Shown: piece after piece, positions 38,471 to 49,149 of the stretch
How the letters are laid out: each line of letters opens with the position of its first letter
Numbering within the stretch: the first letter of the stretch is position 1
Notes under the pieces: model-generated
What the model was told of the DNA's origin: nothing
Databases searched by the model: none
What the model saw: only the letters and a program-made list of their open reading frames with translations
DNA from: Octopus bimaculoides
Taxonomy: Eukaryota
Direction: 5' to 3'
Length of the DNA stretch: 63,877 nucleotides
Assembly (NCBI RefSeq): GCF_001194135.2
Contig: NC_068991.1
Coordinates: 23,982,024 to 24,045,900 of the forward strand
Translations under genes and position numbers: made by a program

Positions 38471-39425
38471 GTATGTGGGCAAGCTGGGAAGACTCATCTT
38501 TTACAGATGAAAGAAAGGAAAAAGGAAAACAGTATGGGAATGTACAAAACTCTCACAGAGAAAAAGACCAAAGAACCGACAAAAGTACTGTTGGAATAAT
38601 AAACGTGTGCGCAGAAGAAAAAATTTCGTAACAAAATTTTTGATTTTTTTTTTGTACTGTGTGCAGAANNNNNNNNNNNNNNNNNNNNNNNNNNNNNNNN
38701 NNNNNNNNNNNNNNNNNNNNNNNNNNNNNNNNNNNNNNNNNNNNNNNNNNNNNNNNNNNNNNNNNNNNNNNNNNNNNNNNNNNNNNNNNNNNNNNNNNNN
38801 NNNNNNNNNNNNNNNNNNNNNNNNNNNNNNNNNNNNNNNNNNNNNNNNNNNNNNNNNNNNNNNNNNNNNNNNNNNNNNNNNNNNNNNNNGTTTACCGGCT
38901 CGTTACTAGCACTTTTCGTCGTTTCTCAACATGGTGTCGTTTGTTTACTTCGTCTATGGAGATCGTACCTCGGGGGAAAACGAGCAGGAGACGAATTTGT
39001 GGTTCTTCTACTCATTCGTGTGTATAAGTTTGTACCCCTTTTCTGTTTTGAGGTAGATGGAACACACGAACATAGAAAGACACAAGGCGCAGCACAGAGA
39101 AGCGACTGGCTAGAGGGAATATCTACAACATTCAACAACTGGAAGGTGTGAAGTCGTCTACGTGTGAAGCTCATTCTTTTAGGAATTGTAACGATGGCGA
39201 AACTTTTGTATTCAAACTCGGGCTGTGAAGTTGATGGCCCGCTTGCTTGAAATATGTCCTCTCGTTGCTGCATTTAGAAACTAAGCTCTTCGTTCGAGTG
39301 AGCCATTTTAACAATGATAGAGGCTTTCGGCTGCTGAAAATCCTTTTAGACTTGGGTCACCATTTTATAATGGAAAGAAGGTTTATATGATACTTTTGGG
39401 ATATCTTCTTCCATTATGATTATTT

Positions 39426-39836
39426 TGTTGATTCAAGGAGCTGGAAATACGAAGAATGAAGTTCTCAGGCGGAGTAAATTCAATAATCGTTTATTCACAG
39501 ATGCTTCGTACAAGGGGTTTGCTTTCAGTAACCATCTTCACAGCAGTGCGTAGTTAGTCTTCTCTCCCATACACGTGAGGTTCAATAACGCGTGGAGACA
39601 ATGCATGTGGTAAAAGTCCGCTGTGAGCTCCTGGCTTCGAAGTGTCTTCTCGGCGTAAGCGTGAGAAGAATGAGAGGGAAAAAGTTGTCTTTTCCTTAAA
39701 TAATGGTTGCAGGCGAGATCTCATTTTTTGTCTCGCGTATGGCAATGGTTGCAGGCGATATCTTGCTGTTTCAAAATGGCCTCGCTACAGGTGCCTCGCT
39801 ACAGGTGCCTCGTTACAGGTGCTAAACAAAACAACA
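39426..39836. mobile_element. Candidate solo LTR
   Basis: Bounded by TGTTG...CAACA, with AATAAA on the minus strand and CCTCG(C/T)TACAGGTG x3. No matching TSD found. Confidence 0.3.
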
Positions 39837-40406
39837 TATACACACACATACACACATATATATCACTTTTTCAATCCTAATGTGTATATTTACAAACATA
39901 TTAATACGTATATAATGAAATTGAATGACATCTTGAATTGTAATGACATCCTGAATTGTAATTAAATTTCAATGGGTTGGCCATATCGATACAGTATAAT
40001 TGAAAAGAAACCTCTTTCTCTCTGTATCTCTTCCTCTTTTCTTTGCTTTTCTTCCTCTTTCTTGTCCTTCTTATCTTTCTCTCTTTCTCCCTTTCTCCAA
40101 AAACCTAAATTCACATCTTGAAAGATCATTTAACACCACCCACGTGTCAGTCAAAAGACAGTCTCAAGATACATTTTTGTCTCTGTGTCTTCCTCTCTCT
40201 CTCTCCCTCTTCCCCTTCCTTCCTCTTTTCTCTTTCTCCTCTTCCAAACAAAATAAAATAACATTCTCTTTTCGATTTATATAAAAGGTGGAAGAAATTT
40301 CTGTACATTATATCTCGAAGAGTTCAATTGAAGGAACGAAAGCGGTAATAAAGAATTATCCAAAATTCTAACTGCCTCCTTCTTAATATATATATATAAA
40401 ATCGTT

Positions 40407-41005
40407 GCCGTATGTATTTTAATAGTGAGCAATTTGTGGTTTTAGAGCGATAGCTCTGTTTATATCAAGTGGTATTCTAATACCCTACTGAATTTTGTTT
40501 GTACTTTTTTTACCTATAAAGGTATAAACTTGCTAACCATTTTATTATTATCATTATTATTAATAATAATAGTAATGATGCCTACTTTAAATTTATACTG
40601 TACTGGTTCATGTTATGTCGCGGGGGCATTCAAATGAAAGAACGCACACAGTGCAATGTGGTGAATATTTCAGAAATAGATGATTTGCGGTGAGTCTGGC
40701 TGATGAGTTTAAGTATGTTTTTCATACAGAAAGCGAAATCAATTGATCCCGGAATATGCGTATTACTTACTTCTGTAGTTCATACAAGGTAAGCCTATTT
40801 CTGTTATATTCGTTGAATTCGCCGTGTGTATCTTAATAGTGAGCAATTTGTGGTTTTAGAGCGATAGCTCTGTTCACAGCAACTGGTATTCTATACGCTA
40901 CTGAATTTTGTTTGTATTTTTTACTTATAAAGGAATAAACTTGCTAGCCACTTTATTATTATCATTATCATTATTAATAATGTTAATAATACCTTATTTA
41001 AATTT
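40407..41005 (+). repeat. Partial tandem repeat (~412-bp period, ~1.45 units) containing a hammerhead ribozyme
   Basis: 40407-40594 aligns with 40821-41005 (AATAGTGAGCAATTTGTGGTTTTAGAGCGATAGCTCTGTT etc.). The spacer holds the ribozyme. Confidence 0.85.
40695..40753 (+). ncRNA. Type I hammerhead ribozyme (predicted cleavage after AUC, 40748)
   Basis: Core CUGAUGA 40700-40706, G10.1-C11.1 (40707/40734), GAAA 40735-40738, U16.1 40747, C17 40748. Stem I UCUGG/CCGGA; stem II GUUU/AAGC + GUAUG/CAUAC; stem III AUC-aauu-GAU. Folded by eye. Confidence 0.75.
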
Positions 41006-41009
41006 CCTC

Positions 41010-41190
41010 CTCAACGCTTGACAGCTGGTGTACTTCCCTGTAACTTAGCGCTTCTGCAAAAGAGATCTATAGAATAAGCACCAGGCTTTAATGAAATAAG
41101 CACTGTGGTCGATTCATTCAGCTAAAAATTCTTCAAGACGGTATCCCAGCATGGCTGCAATCTAATGAAAGAAACAAGTAAAAGATAATA
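41010..41190 (+). mobile_element. SINE 3' tail fragment
   Basis: ACTTAGCG..GCAAAAGAGA..ATAGAATAAG..CCAGCATGGCTGCA..GAAACAAGTAAAAGATA, resembling the tail of family E-type SINEs. Confidence 0.55.
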
Positions 41191-42335
41191 GATATCTGTC
41201 ATTTAACATCAAGGATTCCATGGTGTTTTTACAACACACTGACATTTTCAAAAATCTGTTATTATTCATTCACTTATCATATTCTCTTCCATTTTAGTTT
41301 TACTTTCCGTTTATCTTTAAAGCGTTGTTTTCTCACCAGGCTTTCATTCTTTTTTTTTTTTCCGTTGCTCTATTGCACCGAAAGTGCGACTCGATTAGTG
41401 CTGGATAACACAAGAGTTTGCCAAAGGCAAGATATGAACTCAATGTTAACCGGTAGCTAAATGCAATTAGTGCTAGGCAGAGAACACAAAGTTTGCCTGT
41501 AACGAGATCTGAACTCCTGTTACGTCAGCCGTGAAGCTTTTATGTTTTGTACAATAGTTGTTGTGGTAATAAGATTTGTTGTGAACGAGTGAGACGTCAA
41601 CCTCATGGTAAATACCTGTGTATGAAGAATGACGATGTCAGACTAACCTTTGCTGTCGAACCTGAATATGAGCCAAGACATAAACGTCGAAAAAACGTAC
41701 CGTGTCGTTCATTTTGAGAATGTAATACTTTTTAATTGTTAAATTTTATCGTATGTGCAGAAATATTACATTTTAACTAATCAACACCTGTTAAACAAAA
41801 GAATTTACAGAATACAAACGAGTAGGTAGTAATTGCACAATGCTATTTTCCAAATATAACGCGGTTTTTAATTGGTCACCGTTTCAAATGAATCGAAATA
41901 CAAATCAGACGAAATGAACGGAAATTCGTTTTGGACTTGCATTTTTTTCAAGATAAAACACCTCTGAAGAAGTCAAACGTGTGGTTAAAAAAAGTTGACA
42001 TAAGAGTATCTAATGACTTTATATACATTTGTGTTGAACGGAACACATTCCAACCAATTAAATTGAGGCATAATGCAGTTAGCTAATCGGTAGTTATCAA
42101 TAATTTAGGATATTTAAGACTGCTGCATTTGTCTGCATTACATGAATATGGAGCAGAGTTAAACAACACAGAAAAAAATTACATCAAACACATGAAAATA
42201 CCTCTTTAGTGCCGAGACAGGTCCTGTTACTGTAAATCGAGTTCACTTATTTCTATACAATACAATACTATACTATACTATACTATACTATACTATACTA
42301 TATATATATATATATAGTATATATATAGTATATAA

Positions 42336-42840
42336 TTTGTGGCGGTGTATTGAACAGATTTTCACCAAATTTGGCAAAAATACTCATAACCCTAACCCTA
42401 ACCCTAAAACCCTAACCTCAACTCTAAAACCCGAACCCGAACCCTAACCCTAACCCTAACCCTAACCCTAACCCTAAGACCCTAAAGCTAAAACCAGTAC
42501 AAACGCACGAACGATGTCATAAATAACAGTACAGCCGATAGTTTTTGTTGACAAACAACGGCACTAATTTTATTCAAGGGAAAAGATCCCATTACACCGC
42601 CACAAAGTGTTGTTTACAATCCACAGCAGTAATTGTTTTCACCTCAATAGACGTCTGTGATTGGTTGAAATTACCGAAATACGACAATTTTAACACGAAA
42701 TAACTTTAAAAATATAAACTTTTCTCAACAACACTAACAGTAAAATATGTTTTATATGACACATTCTACCAGTGTCCCAAGTTTGAAAGTGTTTCGTTAA
42801 GAAAACAAGTGGTGTCTGCCAAATCAGAAAGATTCCTTCA
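42336..42840. mobile_element. Non-autonomous DNA element with inverted repeats and internal telomere-type (TAACCC)n
   Basis: TTTGTGGCGGTGTA (42336-42349) is inverted at TACACCGCCACAAA (42593-42606). (TAACCC)n with variants at ~42388-42490. AAAGAT(C/T)CC at ~42582 and ~42833. Confidence 0.6.
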
Positions 42841-42849
42841 AAGTCTGAA

Positions 42850-43745
42850 GAAGGGCTTGTGGCACGCCGAGCCCGTCATGCTGCAATTGTTGCTGCCTCC
42901 AGGGCTACCGAGCTACTTCAACAACGGACTATCCCGTTGGCGCGTGTAGCCAAAAATGCTTCAGCTGTAAGGGCTACCGAATCACCTCAAAAATGGACTA
43001 TCCCGTTGGCGCGTCTTGCCAAAAATGCTTTAGCTGCAACGGCTGCAGACTTACCCCAACAGCGTACAGCCCAAAGGAAACGCAATACTGCTGCTGAAAG
43101 GGCTTCACAGTCACCACAACAACGCACAGCGCGGAGGGCACGTAATGCTAAAACTACTGCTGCTGCGCGGGCTGCAGAGCCCCCAGTGCACCTCCCGAAG
43201 GAAGCGTAATGCTGACACTAATGCTGCTGCAAACGCTGCAGAGTCACCAGCACAGCGCACAAATCATCAGGCTTTGAATGCTGCTTTTATGTCCACTGCT
43301 GAACAAAGAGCAATGCAACTTCAAACCAATGCAAACGTGAAGTTCTGCGTAGGGGCACATTAAAACCATCGGTCAGTCGGTGGGATTTTTATCATACATG
43401 ACTTTCATTGAAAAAAAGCTTCAATGCGGTTGTGTCAGACATTACGAGTAAAATAACTACATGCTACAAAACGCTTAACGCTTCAGGTGAGATATAGAAT
43501 CCCTAATGTCTATTGAAATTGCAATATCATTTCATGGACTATCAAGTTTGTGTTCAAAAAACTTTATTCATTACCTAGGTTGCTTAATACCATATAATAA
43601 AATGCAAACGAAATTGGTAATTATACATTTTACGTTTATCAAGTTGAAACGACTTCTAACTGAGGGCTAATTCAACTGAAACAGTCCAGAGGAGTGCGCC
43701 ATTATAATAAATTACACCGTCCAAAAGAACGGGTGCATTTGCTAG

Positions 43746-43746
<1 letters not shown>
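42850..43746 (+). mobile_element. Helitron deletion derivative: STPR-like 23-aa repeats and a 3' hairpin-CTAG end
   Basis: Repeats such as TESPQKWTIPLARLAKNALAATA (23 aa). End CACCGTCCAAAAGAACGGGTGCATTTGCTAG|T in a TA tract. Confidence 0.65.
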
Positions 43747-43782
<36 letters not shown>

Positions 43783-44179
43783 ATATAAATTGTAAATGCA
43801 AAAATAAAAACAAAAACACAAAGGATTCTGCGGTACACGTGTTTCAAGCTTTATAGTTGTTACATCAGTGTATAATTGACAATATAAAGCTATCTTCAGC
43901 CGCAAATGTATTCTCTCCCAAGAATTATATCACATAGGCGTTAAAGGAGGAAGAAAGATGAGATATAAGAGGTGAGGTTCCGTTTGGTATTTTGCATTGT
44001 ACTATACCTCGTAGAATTCTTAATTTGATATATTTATACATAATTTCCTCTGTACTCCGGTATCCGTCCATACCTTGCCACAATTCAGTGTGTAGTGTTA
44101 AGTTGGTGGTTAAAAACAATATAATAAAATAACATAACAAAAATGAAATAATAATATAAAATAAAACAGGAATATAAAA

Positions 44180-44215
<36 letters not shown>

Positions 44216-45485
44216 CGTGAGAGAGTTAGGGGTTGGGGATTCCCGAGCGTCAAACTAATACATCCTTTTGTTGTCTACACCACCTGTCCTCGTCTGTTGT
44301 TGTTTTTTTCGTACNNNNNNNNNNNNNNNNNNNNNNNNNNNNNNNNNNNNNNNNNNNNNNNNNNNNNNNNNNNNNNNNNNNNNNNNNNNNNNNNTATCTA
44401 ACTGTCATACTATTGATTATATATTTTTAAACACTAATTTCATTACTTTACCTCATTATTTTCCCATTCCGGTTAATATTCACCGTATTTTAATTACTTT
44501 ATAAAGCTCAGAATCCTCCGATCTACCATACCAATTTCTATTGCTCTTACTGTCTTCCTCTCTCTAATCCTAGTTTTTACTCTCATTTTATTTCTCTTTT
44601 TGTTGATATTACTCTCTATATTTCATAAACACAATATCTGCAAACTTCTGTCTGATTATGTTTAACTTTCTCTTTTCCTCTCTCTCTATTATTAATACTT
44701 CTAGGTTATTAATGAGAAAATATCTGACTCTCTTCATTTCCACTACCACTAGTCACTGTTTCCTTTTTAATATCTCACGAAATCACCTTTCCTCCCCTCC
44801 ATAGAAAATAGTTTTTATTAATTATTGTCTTCTATGCATTAATATTTCGAAGATGGCTTTTTGTATGTGTATACTAGAATTGAAAAGGTGGATGTAACCA
44901 TAATACTCTATGATTCTGAAGAGATAGCCTTCTGTACCTACATTAGCTTGTAAAATGTACAATGGTACTACGCAATTTGTAACATATATACTAGTGCAGT
45001 CATGTAAAATAATTTATTATACACTAAAGTAAATCATCTTTCCATGATGTTGGCTGTGAAAAGACCGCCATCTTATGGATATCAACTGGTGAAAGAAATT
45101 TATTCATTTCATATCTCCTGACTTAATATTCTATAAAACTCCTTATGAAGTTGATATAAATCTTCATTGTTTGGATTTACTGGATTTCAACTGCACAGGA
45201 CTCTACATTACACTTTTATGTGTTGGTTTAGTATGTGGTTTGTAAGCTGGTCTACTAAAGGAGCATTTTGTGATTATCACCGGGTTAGATAAATCCATAT
45301 ACTGTGCATTAAATACACACACACACATATATGTAGGTTTTATATTTTCACAATTGGTAGAGAGTTACAAGAATGACTCTAGAGTCTAAAGTTCGTGCAT
45401 TGCATCTATCAATGCGCGCGCGTGTGTGTGTGTATGTGTGTGTGTGCATGTGTACAAATGTATGTATACACACGCGCGCGCACGC

Positions 45486-45526
<41 letters not shown>

Positions 45527-45968
45527 GCTAATGGAGTAACCCTCGTGTTGAGTAATTATTACATCTGAGGTTCTGCTCGCTAGGAAATATATATAACCTG
45601 CTTTTTTTTATTTCTTCCATTCCATCAGTTTGGATTTTTATTCACATTCATAGCAACCCTAGATGCTAACCGTAAACTATAAAAAAAATTTCACCTTTTC
45701 GAACTTCGATATAGGAGAAACCTACAACCTTCTACGCCAATAAACTATTGTTCCTGAAAGTTGTTGTTTAGATCTACCACGGACTGCTCGAATCTTACTA
45801 ACTTCCTNNNNNNNNNNNNNNNNNNNNNNNNNNNNNNNNNNNNNNNNNNNNNNNNNNNNNNNNNNNNNNNNNNNNNNNNNNNNNNNNNNNNNNNNNNNNN
45901 NNNNNNNNNNNNNNNNNNNNNNNNNNNNNNNNNNNNNNNNNNNNNNNNNNNNNNNNNNNNNNNNNNNN

Positions 45969-46024
<56 letters not shown>

Positions 46025-47348
46025 CACACAATGCAATATCGGCTTGAAACAGTTCAGTTTTCCAACAGTAGAGCAGATGACGAACAATTTTCCTTTACAT
46101 ATTGAAACGGAACTTCTAAAAAAATTTCGTATTTTTAAAAACTTCATCGTATTTAATTCCTAGATGCTTATCTAATTGTGTATCATGTTATTATGAAACC
46201 AATTGGACTTTCAGTCATGTATCATATTTATGAAATTTATTGAACCCTTGAATTTTTTATCATTTGCTATTACTGAAATTTATTGAATATTTGAATATTC
46301 TTATTGGAATTTTTTAACATGTCTTACCGCTTTGGAATTTTCTCTTCAGCATTTATGTTCTTTTAAACTTTTATCTTGTTTCTTTTTTCTTGCAATGGAA
46401 AGGGAGAAAACAAGAAAGGAAAGATTGTTGCAATTGCTGTGGTATTTTGTAAATTTGTAAAAAAAATTTGAAACCAATTTGTGTTAAGACTCAGGTACAT
46501 TTTCAACGTCAAAACTAATTCTCTACTATTCCTGCTTGAGTGGAAGTAAATATCTTTTTCCTATAGAATATATATATATATTTATTGTTCTTACCCTGTC
46601 TTCCTCTCTCTAATCCTAGTTTATATATATATATATATATATNNNNNNNNNNNNNNNNNNNNNNNNNNNNNNNNNNNNNNNNNNNNNNNNNNNNNNNNNN
46701 NNNNNNNNNNNNNNNNNNNNNNNNNNNNNNNNNNNNNNNNNNNNNNNNNNNNNNNNNNNNNNNNNNNNNNNNNNNNNNNNNNNNNNNNNNNNNNNNNNNN
46801 NNNNNNNNNNNNNNNNNNNNNNNNNNNNNNNNNNNNNNNNNNNNNNNNNNNNNNNNNNNNNNNNNNNNNNNNNNNNNNNNNNNNNNNNNNNNNNNNNNNN
46901 NNNNNNNNNNNNNNNNNNNNNNNNNNNNNNNNNNNNNNNNNNNNNNNNNNNNNNNNNNNNNNNNNNNNNNNNNNNNNNNNNNNNNNNNNNNNNNNNNNNN
47001 NNNNNNNNNNNNNNNNNNNNNNNNNNNNNNNNNNNNNNNNNNNNNNNNNNNNNNNNNNNNNNNNNNNNNNNNNNNNNNNNNNNNNNNNNNNNNNNNNNNN
47101 NNNNNNNNNNNNNNNNNNNNNNNNNNNNNNNNNNNNNNNNNNNNNNNNNNNNNNNNNNNNNNNNNNNNNNNNNNNNNNNNNNNNNNNNNNNNNNNNNNNN
47201 NNNNNNNNNNNNNNNNNNNNNNNNNNNNNNNNNNNNNNNNNNNNNNNNNNNNNNNNNNNNNNNNNNNNNNNNNNNNNNNNNNNNNNNNNNNNNNNNNNNN
47301 NNNNNNNNNNNNNNNNNNNNNNNNNNNNNNNNNNNNNNNNNNNNNNNN

Positions 47349-48487
47349 TATATATATATTCTGCGCATTAAGTTTGTTTCAGACTCAGGAAGCTTTCCGT
47401 TTGAATGGGCAAGACGGCAATTTCCTGTTCGTATAGCCTTTGCATCGACTGTCAACAAGTCTCAGGGTCAAACTCTGTCAAAAGTTGCAGTCTGGCTGCG
47501 CAACCCAGTATTTACCCATGGTCAGCTTTATGTGGCCTGCTCAAGAACACGCAATCCTACTGCGCTGAAGATTGCTATGAAGCAGCAAGAAGGACAACTG
47601 CCAGAACACACTGACAATGTCGTGTTTAGGGATGTTCTAATTCCTAATTAGACTTTTTCCTTAAACACATAAATATAATTTAATATTATTGTATTGTAAA
47701 TAAAAGGATTTTCAATGTACATATTCAACATAGTAAAATTTATGAGAGGTTATAATGCGTTTGTTATTATAAACCATACTTCATAGTAAATGTATGGTAT
47801 CAGTAATCAAATTACTCCTAACGGTTATCATATCAAATTACTCCTAACGGTTCGTGATCTCATACGTCTATTCACAAATATTACAATTAATAAACACGAA
47901 ATGATTTAAAAGACTGAAAAATCATACTCTCGAACTAAGATTTAATGGAGCAAAAGGTTCCAAGAAGTAGTTTTGAGGACCGATAGTTCAAGGTTTTTTT
48001 TTTAACCTGAATATCCTACAAAATTCCCAAAAGCCCTCCTTAGGAGCTAGCCTGAATGCCGCCTGAAGGGCGGCTTCAAGGCTAGAAACTTATCTCTAAG
48101 TCTTATAGAAAGCTGTCAGTCAAACTAGAAACTAGCTGTATGTCTATCGGTAAAGTTGGCAGAAAGCTGCCCAAGGGTTGATACACCTGTACACTGTAAT
48201 AGAAATAGAATTCACGTTACATTTTGAATGAACAAGTTAATGGACATGGGGTTTAGGTATGGGTGCAAGTGAAGCATAGGTATTGAGTGTGTGGGTATGA
48301 GTGTGTGCATATATATCGGGTAGGGAGTTTGAAATGGGGTATCGGATAGTTAATAACAGGAGATACATATACAATGAATGTGTCCGAGTCCATTACATTA
48401 CACGAGGGTAGAGGGCCGCAAAGGCTTCAAAGGCACTCTCCGCAGGAATTAGCCCGAATGCCGCCCGAAGGTCGGCTTCAAGGCTAG
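47349..48487 (+). mobile_element. Helitron 3' end with two hairpin-CTAG termini
   Basis: GCCGCC-TGAAG-GGCGGC..CTAG (CTAG 48082-48085) and GCCGCCCGAAGGTCGGC..CTAG|T (CTAG 48484-48487). Confidence 0.8.
47364..47651 (+). CDS. Helitron Rep/Helicase C-terminus (Pif1-family SF1B helicase), open frame running out of a gap
   Basis: RIKFVSDSGSFPFEWARRQFPVRIAFASTVNKSQGQTLSKVAVWLRNPVFTHGQLYVACSRTRNPTALKI..DNVVFRDVLIPN*. 96 codons with no internal stop; absent from the ORF track because it has no start codon. Confidence 0.9.
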   Translation, partial: RIKFVSDSGSFPFEWARRQFPVRIAFASTVNKSQGQTLSKVAVWLRNPVFTHGQLYVACSRTRNPTALKIAMKQQEGQLPEHTDNVVFRDVLIPN

Positions 48488-48906
48488 TAATTTATAATTC
48501 TCACTTCACCATTTTCGGAATCAGTCGATGATTCATATAGTGTTCTCTATAAGACTTACAAGATGAGTGAAGTTTTTAAACCTCGGCGACAGAGTAATGG
48601 GTCACTGATGAAGATTAATGAAATCTGAAATCATGCTTGCTGTAGGGAGACAGTCGTTAGAAAAGTACTCTCACGTGGCTAAGAGTTGTTTTGACTCTTA
48701 TTTCTGGTAATGCTGGTGCTGTCTAGCACCCTCAGTCACTTTAGTGACAACTATACTTCTGCATTTCGGTTCTAATTTGCGAATAGCCACTTTAATAATT
48801 TATAATTCTCACTTCACCATTCTTCGGAAAATATTTTCACACGCACAACCATACCAAGATAATAAGAAACCCCGCCAATTTTGAACAAATGAATCCCTCC
48901 ATATTC

Positions 48907-48937
<31 letters not shown>

Positions 48938-49149
48938 ATATATATATATATATATATATAATGCAAATGATATATGAGCATATGCATGCATACATACTTA
49001 TATGTACATACGTACATCTACATGTATATATAGATGCATATCCGGTACAGGACGTCAAAAAAGGAACGGGAACATGAACAAAGCACAAAAAACGGACTTT
49101 TTATGGACTTTTTTTTACGAAATTACCTTACGAGAAACGTCTTCATTCA

